Shown here one piece after another: positions 9,927 to 20,031 of a DNA stretch of 64,000 nucleotides. Position numbers and translations under genes: made by a program. The notes beneath the pieces were generated by a model. The model saw nothing but the letters and a program-made list of their open reading frames with translations. It made no database searches and was not told the origin of the DNA. The stretch lies in assembly GCA_965202625.1 (NCBI GenBank), contig CBDBBI010000010.1, positions 416,001 through 480,000 on the forward strand, given 5' to 3'. This stretch comes from a bacterium (GTDB lineage: Bacteria > UBA8248). How positions within the stretch are numbered: position 1 is the stretch's first letter; every line of letters starts with the position of its first letter.

Positions 9927-11625
9927 AGAACTTTTGGGATTTCCAAGAATAAAACGACAAGGCGTCCTCCATCCATTGCGTACAGTTTTTACGGAATCGT
10001 CGCCAACGGCTGTTCGCGCATTGGGCGCGAACGGGATCGGCGTTGCCTTCGACGATCAGACCGTTAAGAGGCGAGAGGTCAAATTCCGCTCGAATGGGTA
10101 TTCTGCCGCGTTCTTCAGGGAGAGTGAGAGACAAAAAACGCGTAAACGCATAAAAGGCGCCACGAATTTTTTCGCACAATCGCTCCGCTCCTCCCGCGTA
10201 TGCGACCAGGGCGGGAACCAGGGGCGTGTAGCGGTTTAACTCCATTCCTCCCTCCGTGCGATTTGTGATGCTGTCAACGCCGACGATGCCGATGGAATCG
10301 TCTGAGAACTCAATCGGAAACAGTCTGGCGTATAGCGTTTCTGCGATTGGCCCTTCTCGGCTGAGGCGTAGATGCACCCGGACACTGAACAGGCCAAAAT
10401 CAATCCAGTCGCATATCAAGGGTAAGTAACGAGCGTCGAATACCTGCTCGTAATTCTCGATTGCGTTCGCCAGGAGCCGAATCGCGTCTTTTGGGGATCG
10501 GGACGATGCGCGCAGCTCAGATTCGAGTCGGGGCGCGGAGTCTCGGAGTATTTTTCGCAATGCGCCCGGCAATGTGTTGTTTCGCCCTATGGGTGTTGTC
10601 CTTTTGGTTCTGACGTAGGCTTTGGCGGTTGACGGACTGGCGCGGAAGCGATGGATAAGCCAGTCTATCGCTTCAAGATGGCTGTGATTCTCGACATCGA
10701 GGGACAAGGGCAGGGGCGTCGTGTTGTCCGTGGCGATCCCGAGTTTACTCAAGTCCGGAAGCCCGAATCCATCAGGATAGACGTCCAGACGAAAGCAACC
10801 CCGCCCGCCGCCGCCTTCCTGGGGTTTGACGAAGAAAGTCGTCGTGTTCCATCTTTTCGCCAAGGCGTCTGCGGCGTCCAGAATAGCGGCGGCGGTCTCC
10901 TCTGCTCCGCCTCCGTTTAATTCCACCACTTCATACTTGGCCATCAGTTGACGTGGGTGCCCATCCGCGTTTAGGATCTGTCTCCCCGCCCTGTTTCCGT
11001 TCAAAAGTTCGTAAGTGGTTTTTTTGTTGGACAATGGTCCGCCGGGGGCAGTAAGCGGTCCGGGCACGACGGCGATTCCCCGGCTTTCTAAAATCTTGGC
11101 CAGGGTTTCGTCGTATAAACTTCTTTGCGCGGCCTGGCTGATGACGAGTAGTTCTTTGGGCGCCTTGGCGGCGCGCGCCAGAAGCTCCTCTCTTCGATTC
11201 AGAACTTTGACGGGGATGGACAATCCGAGGTGATTCAGATGCGCGCTCATCACCCTTGCCGTTTCCATGGTAAGGGGTAGTCGACTCGGAGAGCCGTCCA
11301 GTAAAAGAATTTCTCTTGGACGCCGAAGAGGTGATGCGTCTGCTTGAATGCGCAAATTTGCGAATCGAGACTCCCGTGCCGCCCAATGGTTAAGACTCTC
11401 AAGCAGATCTTCATTTAAATCGCCCACGTTTGAATCGAACTCCTCGCTCACTCGATATAAGTCCCAAACACCGCCGCTCGCATCAGGTGTGAGGTCGTAG
11501 AAAGAAGGTTCCCGTGCGATGGATGAGCGATCGGAATCTGTTGATGTTCGATTTTTCCACACGGTTTCGCTCTTGGTTGCTAGAACACGGATTTGCGTTG
11601 ATGGAGGAGGTGTTTGACCACCCAA
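9925..11625 (-). CDS. Divergent ATP-grasp fold protein (putative amide/peptide ligase); exact start uncertain
   Basis: LSNKKTTYELL, FFVKPQEGGGGRGCF and C-terminal EFD...IVEGNADP resemble ATP-grasp motifs. Confidence 0.6.
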   Translation of the reverse strand: MGGQTPPPSTQIRVLATKSETVWKNRTSTDSDRSSIAREPSFYDLTPDASGGVWDLYRVSEEFDSNVGDLNEDLLESLNHWAARESRFANLRIQADASPLRRPREILLLDGSPSRLPLTMETARVMSAHLNHLGLSIPVKVLNRREELLARAAKAPKELLVISQAAQRSLYDETLAKILESRGIAVVPGPLTAPGGPLSNKKTTYELLNGNRAGRQILNADGHPRQLMAKYEVVELNGGGAEETAAAILDAADALAKRWNTTTFFVKPQEGGGGRGCFRLDVYPDGFGLPDLSKLGIATDNTTPLPLSLDVENHSHLEAIDWLIHRFRASPSTAKAYVRTKRTTPIGRNNTLPGALRKILRDSAPRLESELRASSRSPKDAIRLLANAIENYEQVFDARYLPLICDWIDFGLFSVRVHLRLSREGPIAETLYARLFPIEFSDDSIGIVGVDSITNRTEGGMELNRYTPLVPALVAYAGGAERLCEKIRGAFYAFTRFLSLTLPEERGRIPIRAEFDLSPLNGLIVEGNADPVRAQCANSRWRRFRKNCTQWMEDALSFYSWKSQKF

Positions 11626-12749
11626 TCCCCAATGGCGCCGCCTACTGCCTTATCGGTAGCGAGAGAGGAGCAGCTTGGTGCGATACAGCTCAAGGCGTGT
11701 ATCCCCGTCATGCGATACGCCTCTTCGCGCGCGCGCTTTTCGTTGGCGAGTCGCCCGGAAATGAGTATGTTTGCCTCCCCTACCCTCAGATGGCTTCGAA
11801 GCCAATGAACGATGAGTGTTGATTCCAGTGTATCGCATGCGCAGATGATCAAACCTCTGCGTGAGAGCCAATTTTTGACCCAAGGGTCGCTCGCCACGTG
11901 AAAGCTGGCGTCAGAGCAGGGAGAATCCGCCAATTCCGCGATGACGATCTCTCCTTTAACGCAGGCGTGGCGCAGGAGATTCTGCGCGCATCGCCTGACC
12001 TGGTTTTGGGATATCTCATGGGTAGAAGGCAGCCCCGCATCGACGAAATCCCACCCAAGTCTCGTGGCATCGAAAAAACCGAGAGGTCTTCCATAGTTCA
12101 CCTGCATTAGATCTTTCATGCGTCCCGTTCCGGTGAGCTTCACATAAGAGGCGCGAACGCCTGAGGAATGGAGGGAAGAGGCGAGAGAAGCCGCGCAGGT
12201 TGTTTTGCCCACGTCCATCTCGGAGCCGGCGACCAAAACGATGGGCGCGCGCGGAATTCCTTCCTCATCGACGAGACACCGGGTGTCGGGGATGATGGGT
12301 AGATGAGGAAGCTGAGCGGGTTTTCCACCCAATGAAACGCTCCCTTTCACCTCTATTTTCACGCAGGGCGTTTGAGGGTTCTCGCATAACCCGCAAACGC
12401 CGCCCACGTTTAGCAAGTTCAGCACGGCGCCAGGCGGAGAGGGAGCGTCTGGCTTGCGGCCTGAAATGCTGCGATTCGCATACCGCCCGCCAATTGTGAT
12501 GGCGACGCTCATTTTTTCGCGCAACTTCACCTCGCTCGTTCTCCACGCGCCATGCGTGCCTTGGAGGGCTTCTAGGGTCTCCAGGCGCCCGATGGGTGTA
12601 TTTTCGGGAACGTCGATGACTTCGCCCAATGCGATTCCACCGGAGGGAACAGGTTGCGGGTTGGGCGGGAAATTCGCCTGGAACGCATACGGGCTTTGCG
12701 GGGACAGGAACAACCCTCGGGCCGTGGATGCGAAAAGATCTACTTTCAA
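11580..12749 (-). CDS. DUF1611-like P-loop protein
   Basis: IVLVAGSEMDVGKTTCAASL, YVKLTGTGRMKD, DFVDAGLPST and IVIAELAD match the pattern of DUF1611-related proteins. Confidence 0.65.
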   Translation of the reverse strand: MKVDLFASTARGLFLSPQSPYAFQANFPPNPQPVPSGGIALGEVIDVPENTPIGRLETLEALQGTHGAWRTSEVKLREKMSVAITIGGRYANRSISGRKPDAPSPPGAVLNLLNVGGVCGLCENPQTPCVKIEVKGSVSLGGKPAQLPHLPIIPDTRCLVDEEGIPRAPIVLVAGSEMDVGKTTCAASLASSLHSSGVRASYVKLTGTGRMKDLMQVNYGRPLGFFDATRLGWDFVDAGLPSTHEISQNQVRRCAQNLLRHACVKGEIVIAELADSPCSDASFHVASDPWVKNWLSRRGLIICACDTLESTLIVHWLRSHLRVGEANILISGRLANEKRAREEAYRMTGIHALSCIAPSCSSLATDKAVGGAIGDWVVKHLLHQRKSVF

Positions 12750-12763
12750 CTCTTCACCGTGTA

Positions 12764-14203
12764 CTAAGAAGGAGAAAGGGCAAGGCGGCGAATAAGGATA
12801 TTTATCATTTTTCGGGCTCTGGTGGATATTTGTTTTTCTCCTTCTTCATAGATCGAGGAGACGCCTTCCATCTTGCAAAACGCTCCTCTTGGTTCCACTA
12901 TGGTGCCTCTTGCCGGAGGAGAGCAAGTGATGAGCACCTCATCGTTTTCCTGCACTTCACTCAAGCGATAACCCCGCCTGACAAACGCTAGGTTTTTTTT
13001 TCTAAGGGCGTATATTCCAGGTGTCAATGAACGGCCCACCCGCACTCGTGAGGGGCTCGTGTTCCGAACGTAGAGCTGAAAACCGGACAGTTCCGGTTCC
13101 TTGAGGTCGGCAAGCAAACCTTGATGCGCGTCGATAGGGGTGCCTGGTCTGAGAAATTCAGCCAGATGCCAATAGGAGGTGGTGGGGGCACTGCCCTGAA
13201 TGTCCTCGAGCTCGGTCATCAGTTGCGTAGTTCCGAGCACGCGCGGGTTCAGTTCAAGGACGTAGGGTTTCTCACGATGGAGGATGAAATCGACGCCATA
13301 TATTCCCCGGTAACCCGCGTCAGATATCCAGCGTCCAATTCTCAAGGTGGCATCCTCGATTTTCCCTTGGCTCTCGGGGGAAAACAGTCGATACGCCGCG
13401 TAGTCGCTTCCCGCATAGTCAAAGCGGTGCATGGAGCAGCCGGGAATTCCGGTGAACATAACGGAAGGGTGGGACATCCAGGGTTTACCGTCGTAGATTA
13501 ATCCTGTCGCGCCGATGGCCGGTCCATCAAGAAATTTGTTCACGATAACCAGCGCGTCGGATCCTAGTTTTTCGATGAGCGCATCCCGTCTCCGTGAGAG
13601 TTCTTGAGAGGAACTGACGAGGTGCGTCTGGTTGCCTGACGAGCCGATTCTCTCGGAGATCACTACGGCGGGCCCAAAGGCTTGCATCTGTTTGGTCCCG
13701 AGCTCGCCCAATGCCACCACGTCGCCGGGGGGAACGTCGAGACCTGTTTCGATAGCTTGATGCCGAAGGGCTACCTTGTCATCAAAGCGGGTTTTGATTT
13801 CCAGAGGATTCGCCAGAATGCGGAGTCTCTCTCCGGCTTGCTCGGCGAGTTTGCCGAGAAATTCCGTGGAACGATAAGGGATGACATATTGAGGCCCCTG
13901 CCCTTGGGAGAGAAATTCACGAATTTGCGCCCCTAAGGCGCCTTCGTATGCTTCCGCAAGTGATGTGTGCGTCCACACGATTCGCCTTTTCTCCTCTCCC
14001 CGCTCCACGGCGAAATACCGGAGGCGTTTGTCCCATTCGGGTCCGTCGAGCCCGTAATCACAGGCGATGAGAAAATCGAGCGGAACGATGCGCTCCACGG
14101 TGATCGAATCGGCCGAGCGCAGCCCCTGAAAGCCGAATATTGCTCCATCCGGAATAGTGGACGTCAGCATGTCGTGAAAATCATCTTTTGTGCGTCCAGG
14201 CAA
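12764..14203 (-). CDS. ATP-grasp domain protein (putative amino-acid/peptide ligase)
   Basis: FDDKVALR, GSSGNQTHLV, VNKFLDG, GYRGIYGVDFI and VLELNPR. Confidence 0.85.
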   Translation of the reverse strand: MPGRTKDDFHDMLTSTIPDGAIFGFQGLRSADSITVERIVPLDFLIACDYGLDGPEWDKRLRYFAVERGEEKRRIVWTHTSLAEAYEGALGAQIREFLSQGQGPQYVIPYRSTEFLGKLAEQAGERLRILANPLEIKTRFDDKVALRHQAIETGLDVPPGDVVALGELGTKQMQAFGPAVVISERIGSSGNQTHLVSSSQELSRRRDALIEKLGSDALVIVNKFLDGPAIGATGLIYDGKPWMSHPSVMFTGIPGCSMHRFDYAGSDYAAYRLFSPESQGKIEDATLRIGRWISDAGYRGIYGVDFILHREKPYVLELNPRVLGTTQLMTELEDIQGSAPTTSYWHLAEFLRPGTPIDAHQGLLADLKEPELSGFQLYVRNTSPSRVRVGRSLTPGIYALRKKNLAFVRRGYRLSEVQENDEVLITCSPPARGTIVEPRGAFCKMEGVSSIYEEGEKQISTRARKMINILIRRLALSPS

Positions 14204-14423
14204 GAAAGGCGTCCTTCATGGAGAATCATAGTGAATGCGCCCGGTTTTTTTATAAAAGCGAAACGCCAGATTTTATTTCGATGGCCTTGCTGACTTACAT
14301 GATGGATCGACGCCTCGCAACCGTGAAGTTTCAGACGTTGTCTGCTGCAAGTCGCCCCTCACTATGCTAAGATACATACATTCCCGTCCCGTGAATACGC
14401 CTTTGAGGCGCGCGAGTCAATGA

Positions 14424-15356
14424 ATGTCGGAAAAGAGAAAGATGCGAGAATCGGGTCTTGATGCGTATGATTACCCCACTATGTCCGCATCGGAACTGAG
14501 GTGGGAGAAGTTTCGCCGAAGCATGATGCGCTCGAAACCAGCGATGCTCGGTGGCGTTTTTCTCTTCATGCTTGTGATCGTTTCTGTTTCCGCTCCTCTC
14601 ATCGCGCCGCAAAACCCGCGAGAGGTTGACGTGAACTTGCGTTTGAAGCCCCCCGTCTGGGTGGAGGGAGGAACCTCGGCCTACCTTTTAGGTACCGACG
14701 CCTTGGGCCGGGACATTCTGAGCCGGCTCATTTACGGGGGCCGCATCTCTATTTTGGTGGGCCTTAGTTCCGTGGTGATTTCAGGGGCGATCGGGATAGT
14801 TCTGGGTCTCGTCTCAGGCTTTTTCGGAGGGAAGATCGACGACCTCATCAGCGGGTTCTCTGAAATTCAACTGGCGTTTCCCTTCATTCTCTTAGCCGTT
14901 ACCATCATGGCGGTTATCGGGCCAGGTCTTCTCAACATCATCCTGGTGCTGGGGATTAGCCGATGGGTAGCGTATGGGCGTGTGGTCAGAGGTCAGGTCA
15001 TCTCAATTCGAGAGCGTGAGTTCGTCGAAGCCACCCGCGCCCTCGGCTATCCTTTGTATCGCATTTTGTTTATGCAAATATTGCCTAATACCTTCTCTCC
15101 GCTGATCGTCATCGCCACGTTCGCTGTGGCGGGAAACATCATCTCTGAATCTTCGCTGAGTTTTTTGGGGCTTGGCGTTCCTCCTTCCGTGGTTACTTGG
15201 GGGGGTATGTTGTCCGAGGGGCGTGAATACCTTCGCGGCGCATGGTGGATGGCGACCTTTCCGGGCCTCGCCATCATGGCGACGGTTCTGAGCATCAACC
15301 TGATTGGAGACTGGTTAAGGGATTACATGGATCCCCGTATTGGCGATGAGCTTTAG
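14424..15356 (+). CDS. dppC: Peptide/nickel ABC transporter permease (DppC/OppC family)
   Basis: LLGTDALGRDILSRLIYGGRISI, EFVEATRALG (EAA loop) and multiple TM helices. Confidence 0.9.
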   Translation: MSEKRKMRESGLDAYDYPTMSASELRWEKFRRSMMRSKPAMLGGVFLFMLVIVSVSAPLIAPQNPREVDVNLRLKPPVWVEGGTSAYLLGTDALGRDILSRLIYGGRISILVGLSSVVISGAIGIVLGLVSGFFGGKIDDLISGFSEIQLAFPFILLAVTIMAVIGPGLLNIILVLGISRWVAYGRVVRGQVISIREREFVEATRALGYPLYRILFMQILPNTFSPLIVIATFAVAGNIISESSLSFLGLGVPPSVVTWGGMLSEGREYLRGAWWMATFPGLAIMATVLSINLIGDWLRDYMDPRIGDEL

Positions 15357-15390
15357 GCCTTTAGGTGTTTCGGTTTTTAAGGGAGTAGAC

Positions 15391-16944
15391 ATGAAAAAGA
15401 CCTTCTTCCGAGGACTTGCGCTTCTCACCCTGGCCATCGGCCTCATCGCTTGTGGCCAAGAGGCGAAGGACAGGCCGCTTGCGGTTCTCCTTCCGGTGGA
15501 GGCCAACACTCTCGACCCGCATCAGGCGACCTCCACCATTGAGTGGTCGATATTAATGAACATGTTCGACCCGCTCATCCACCGGCGCGACGATATGACG
15601 TTGGCGCCCGCTCTGGCCGAGCGTTGGGAGGTGGATGAGGCGAAGAGGGTATGGACGTTTTATCTGCGCAAAGGGGTGAAATTCCATAACGGTGAACCAT
15701 TCGACGCCGAATCCGTGCGCTATACGTTTGAGCGTATGCGCGATAAAAAACTCAAACATCGAATCACGGTTTATCGAAGGATTTTCTTAGATAAAATAGA
15801 AAAACTGGACTCCCACACCGTGAAAATTCACACCAGGCGCCCGGTTGCGACCTTGCCGGTGTGGATGGTGAACGCGTTCATGTTGCCGCCGAAATACTAT
15901 TCATCCACCTCTCCGAAAGAATTGTTGCGAAAGCCGGTGGGGACAGGGCCGTATAAACTGGTGGAATGGATCAAGGACGATCGGATCGTGATGGAGGCCA
16001 ACGACGGTTGGTGGGGGGGAGAGCCAGGAATAAAAAAAGCGGTGTGGAGGCCGGTGCCGGAGGTTTCCGCCCGAATAGCCGAGCTGGAAACGGGCGGGGC
16101 CGATATCATCTTGAACATCTCGCCCGATCAATCGAAAACCATAGCGGCGAGCGAAGATGGCATCCAGTTCAAGGGAATACAAGGGGGCCGCAGGGTGTAT
16201 CTTGGCGTTCGGACGGACCACGGAGCACTCGGCGACGGGCGCGTTCGCCGGGCGCTGAACTACGCGGTCGATTTTGGAACCATCGTCAAGAACGTTCTCC
16301 TGGGGCATGGCTCTCGAATGAAGAGCGTCGTGAACGCTCCTAACAGCGACCCCGCCTTGAAGGCGTATCCCTACGATCCCCAAAAGGCCAAGGCGCTTCT
16401 TGCCGAGGCCGGACTGAAAGACGCGGATGGCGATGGCGTCCTGGAGGTGAATGGAAAACCCTTCACGCTGGAGATTGAGGTGCCTGCTTCCAGATATCTT
16501 AAGGGCAAGGAGATGGCGGAGTCCGTGGCCGCGAACTTTCGCGCCGTGGGGGTTGAGGTGGAGGTGATCCCACTGGAATGGTCTCTGTTCCTGTCCAAGC
16601 GAAGGAAAAAAACGTTGGCGCCTTTGTATTTTCATGGATTCAGCTCCGCGTTCAACGAGGAGCTCGATTTGGGGGTTTTGCGGCCCAACCTTTTCGCCAA
16701 TCTCACCGCTTGGAGCGACGAGGCGTTTTTGGAAAATTACAAGAAATTGGGCCAGACGTTTGACCCCGAGGAGCGCAGGCGCATCAGCTTTCAAATGCAG
16801 CGGATTGTTCGCGAGGGCAGCCCTTGGGTGTTTCTCTGGAACCAGTATGATTTTTTTGGTCTTAGCGCTCGCGCGAAGTGGACGCCAAGGCCGGATGAAA
16901 GAATTTATTTGCCCACGGTTCGATTGGAAGAGGCGAAAGGATAA
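15391..16944 (+). CDS. dppA: Peptide ABC transporter substrate-binding lipoprotein (family 5)
   Basis: Lipobox LIAC, TLDP, LAERW, FYLRKGVKFHNGEPFDAESV and PVGTGPY; ATG 15391 follows GGGAG. Confidence 0.9.
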   Translation: MKKTFFRGLALLTLAIGLIACGQEAKDRPLAVLLPVEANTLDPHQATSTIEWSILMNMFDPLIHRRDDMTLAPALAERWEVDEAKRVWTFYLRKGVKFHNGEPFDAESVRYTFERMRDKKLKHRITVYRRIFLDKIEKLDSHTVKIHTRRPVATLPVWMVNAFMLPPKYYSSTSPKELLRKPVGTGPYKLVEWIKDDRIVMEANDGWWGGEPGIKKAVWRPVPEVSARIAELETGGADIILNISPDQSKTIAASEDGIQFKGIQGGRRVYLGVRTDHGALGDGRVRRALNYAVDFGTIVKNVLLGHGSRMKSVVNAPNSDPALKAYPYDPQKAKALLAEAGLKDADGDGVLEVNGKPFTLEIEVPASRYLKGKEMAESVAANFRAVGVEVEVIPLEWSLFLSKRRKKTLAPLYFHGFSSAFNEELDLGVLRPNLFANLTAWSDEAFLENYKKLGQTFDPEERRRISFQMQRIVREGSPWVFLWNQYDFFGLSARAKWTPRPDERIYLPTVRLEEAKG

Positions 16945-16946
16945 GG

Positions 16947-17864
16947 ATGAGCGCCTATCTTCTGCGCAGAGTCGTCCGGGCGGTCGTGGTTGTGGCAGGC
17001 GTGAGCTTCATCTCGTTCGCGGTTTTGTTTTTGTCGGGCGATCCGACGGATACGATGGTGGGTGAGGATTGGACGGTGGAAGAGGTGGAAAAACTTCGCC
17101 AGGACATGGGAATCGACAAGCCTTGGTTCGTTCAATACACGTCATACGTGAGCAGGGCCGTCCGCGGCGATTTCGGGGAAAGTTTGCGTTATCGCCAGCC
17201 CGCCTTCGAGCTCATTATGGAGCGATTGCCGGCGACTCTGGAGCTTGCTCTCGTGGCGCTCGTTCTTTCGATCGTTCTGGCGTTTCCCGTGGGGATCGTG
17301 AGCGCGACGCAACGCGGCTCCTCCTATGACCATGGGGGAATGATTCTCGCGCTCCTGGGACAGTCCATCCCCGTTTTCTGGCTTGGCTTAATGCTGATCC
17401 TGATCTTTGGAGTGCATTTAAGGTGGTTGCCAGTTAGCGGTAGGGGCGGATGGGAGTATTTGGTGCTGCCCTCCATTGCTCTTTCTACGTATGCGATCGC
17501 GAGAAATACGCGGGTGGTCCGGAGCTCCATGCTGGAAGTGCTGCGGCATGAATACGTGAAGACGGCGCGCGCGAAAGGATTATCCGAATGGGTCGTCATC
17601 AACTTACATGTCCTCAGAAATTCCATGATTCCGGTGGTCACGATAATCGGGCTCGAGTTTGGACATCTGCTGGGGGGCGCCGTGATTGTCGAGACAATTT
17701 TTGCCTGGCCGGGGGTGGGAAGGCTCTTGATTCAGGCCGTCTACGCCAAGGATTTCCCCCTCGTGCAAGCCTCGGTGACCATCACCGCCCTGATATTCGT
17801 ATCCTTGAATCTCATCGTTGACCTTACCTATTCCCTCCTCGACCCGAGAGTCAGACTGCATTGA
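16947..17864 (+). CDS. dppB: Peptide/nickel ABC transporter permease (DppB/OppB family)
   Basis: GDFGESL, RLPATLEL, EYVKTARAKGL and VETIFAWPGVG. Confidence 0.92.
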   Translation: MSAYLLRRVVRAVVVVAGVSFISFAVLFLSGDPTDTMVGEDWTVEEVEKLRQDMGIDKPWFVQYTSYVSRAVRGDFGESLRYRQPAFELIMERLPATLELALVALVLSIVLAFPVGIVSATQRGSSYDHGGMILALLGQSIPVFWLGLMLILIFGVHLRWLPVSGRGGWEYLVLPSIALSTYAIARNTRVVRSSMLEVLRHEYVKTARAKGLSEWVVINLHVLRNSMIPVVTIIGLEFGHLLGGAVIVETIFAWPGVGRLLIQAVYAKDFPLVQASVTITALIFVSLNLIVDLTYSLLDPRVRLH

Positions 17865-18799
17865 TCCGAACGGCTTATCTTTGGCCGCCGGAATCGCTCC
17901 TACATGACAACGGCCGGCACGTAGAGAACATAGCGCGCGCCAGACGACTAGCACCCGATAGGATCGTTCCGCAAATTCCCCATCTGGCGGAAGTGCCGAT
18001 CAAGCACCACGATGTCAGAAAATGGGTTCTCACGGTGCATGAGGAGTCGCACCATCGGTTCGTGCGCGAATCGTGCGCGGGAGGCGGATACGTTCTGGAT
18101 CGTGGCGATACGCAGGCCGGGCCTGGAAGCTATGAAGCCGCACTCGCCGCCGTGGATGCGGCACTGAGCGCGGCGGACGCCGTCATGGCGGCGGAAGCCG
18201 ACAACGCTTTTTGCGCCATCCGGCCGCCGGGCCACCACGCTTTACCCCATCAGTCCATGGGTTTTTGTTTGTTTGCCACCGCGTCCATTTTGGTTCGATA
18301 TCTACAGGAGCAACATGGGCTTAGCAGAGTCGCCGTGGTGGACTGGGACGTCCATCATGGAAACGGCACGCAGTATGTCTTCTGGCGTGATCCCGACGTG
18401 CTTTTCGTCTCCTTGCATCAACATCCGCACTATCCGGGCACGGGTCTTGCCAATGAAACGGGAGAGGGCGCCGGCCAGGGCAAGACGCTGAACGTTCCCA
18501 TTATGGCGGGGACTTACGAGGAGGAGTATCTCATACAGTTTCAAGAGAGCGTCGTCCCCGCCGTCGAGGCGCACGCACCGGAGGCGATCGTCGTATCAGC
18601 CGGCTTTGACGCGCACCGAGACGATCCGCTCGGAGAATTGATGATTAGCGAAGAGGGGTTCGCCTGCTTGACCCGGTCCGTAAAGGCGCTTTCTGAGAAT
18701 TTATGTTCAGGACGCCTCATCAGTCTGCTTGAGGGAGGATACGATCTCGATGCCTTGGAGCGTTCCGTTCTGGCTCACTTGCGGGAATTGTCCGCATGA
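17861..18799 (+). CDS. Histone deacetylase-family (AcuC/acetylpolyamine amidohydrolase-like) protein
   Basis: RPPGHHA, GFCLF, DWDVHHGNGTQ, SAGFDAHRDDPLG and LEGGY. Confidence 0.92.
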   Translation: MIRTAYLWPPESLLHDNGRHVENIARARRLAPDRIVPQIPHLAEVPIKHHDVRKWVLTVHEESHHRFVRESCAGGGYVLDRGDTQAGPGSYEAALAAVDAALSAADAVMAAEADNAFCAIRPPGHHALPHQSMGFCLFATASILVRYLQEQHGLSRVAVVDWDVHHGNGTQYVFWRDPDVLFVSLHQHPHYPGTGLANETGEGAGQGKTLNVPIMAGTYEEEYLIQFQESVVPAVEAHAPEAIVVSAGFDAHRDDPLGELMISEEGFACLTRSVKALSENLCSGRLISLLEGGYDLDALERSVLAHLRELSA

Positions 18800-18864
18800 T
18801 GAATGATCTTTGAGAAGGGTTGCGGGTGCACTTTCATGTGCGCGTTCTAGGTGCGAAGCGGAGA

Positions 18865-20019
18865 ATGAAGATGAACGCGGGAGATGGAGAATTTCGTCGC
18901 GCGAACCCCCGCCCCGCCAGCAGATGGCGATGGAGCGTTTTGTCCGTTTTCCTCTTGGGCGCCGTTCTCGCGTGGCTGTTTGTGGAGCGCTACCTTGATG
19001 ACGTTCACGATCCGAACGCCGTCCCTCGTGTGGTCACCCCCCGTGGCGATCTCGCCTCCGAGGAAAAATCCAACATAGAACTTTTTCGCCTCTCCTCCCC
19101 GTCGGTCGTCTACATCACGACGCTGACGATGAGGCGCGACATGTTCAGTCTCAACACCTTTGAAATTCCACAGGGCACGGGCACTGGCTTCGTCTGGAAC
19201 GATCAGGGGCACGTCATCACGAATTTTCACGTCATCCGGCAGGCGAGCGTCTTGCGCGTCACTTTGGCGGATCAGTCCGAGTGGGAGGCGCGCGTCGTAG
19301 GTGTGGCACCGGATCAGGATTTGGCGGTTCTCTTCATTAACGCGCCGAAGAGGCGTTTGAAGCCGATTGCGGTTGGCCGGTCCGCGAATTTACAAGTGGG
19401 GCAAAGGGTGTTCGCGATTGGCAACCCTTTTGGATTGGACCAAACCCTCACCACGGGGATCATCAGCGCCTTGGGACGCGAGATCAACAGCGTCTCTGGT
19501 CGCAAAATCAACGGCGTCATTCAGACCGACGCCGCGATCAATCCGGGCAATTCTGGAGGGCCTCTCCTGGATAGCGCAGCGCGCCTTATAGGCGTCAACA
19601 CCGCCATCTTCAGCCCTTCCGGCTCCAATGCGGGCATTGGCTTTGCTGTTCCCGTGGACACCGTGAACCGAACCGTCCCCCAGTTAATTCGACATGGCCA
19701 CGTCATCAGGCCGGGCCTCGGCATCCACGTCGCCGACAGAAGCACGACGGAACGCCTCGGTATAGAGGGGGTATTGATCATTCGTGTGCAGAAGGGCAGC
19801 ACGGCCGAAGCCGTGGGGTTGCGCGGCATGGGGAGGAGCCCGGAAGGCCGGCTCGTTCTGGGAGACGTCATCGTTGGCGTGGCGGAGAAGTCTGTCGCCT
19901 CGCTTGATGACTTGTTGAACGCGCTTGATGCGCATAAGGTGGGCGACATCGTGCAGGTGCGTCTGGTGCGCGACGGGAGTTCGATGAGCGTGGACGTAAA
20001 ACTTCAGGCTCTCGGATAA
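18865..20019 (+). CDS. HtrA/DegP-family serine protease with one PDZ domain
   Basis: N-terminal TM helix, VITNFHV, DQDLAV, IQTDAAINPGNSGGPL and a C-terminal PDZ (GDVIVGV). Confidence 0.92.
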   Translation: MKMNAGDGEFRRANPRPASRWRWSVLSVFLLGAVLAWLFVERYLDDVHDPNAVPRVVTPRGDLASEEKSNIELFRLSSPSVVYITTLTMRRDMFSLNTFEIPQGTGTGFVWNDQGHVITNFHVIRQASVLRVTLADQSEWEARVVGVAPDQDLAVLFINAPKRRLKPIAVGRSANLQVGQRVFAIGNPFGLDQTLTTGIISALGREINSVSGRKINGVIQTDAAINPGNSGGPLLDSAARLIGVNTAIFSPSGSNAGIGFAVPVDTVNRTVPQLIRHGHVIRPGLGIHVADRSTTERLGIEGVLIIRVQKGSTAEAVGLRGMGRSPEGRLVLGDVIVGVAEKSVASLDDLLNALDAHKVGDIVQVRLVRDGSSMSVDVKLQALG

Positions 20020-20031
20020 GGGACGCGCGGC

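Noticed and set aside
12993-13001. A9 homopolymer (minus strand) in the ATP-grasp gene as a phase-variation site
   Set aside because: In frame (LRKKNL) and near the 3' end, with no evidence of switching.
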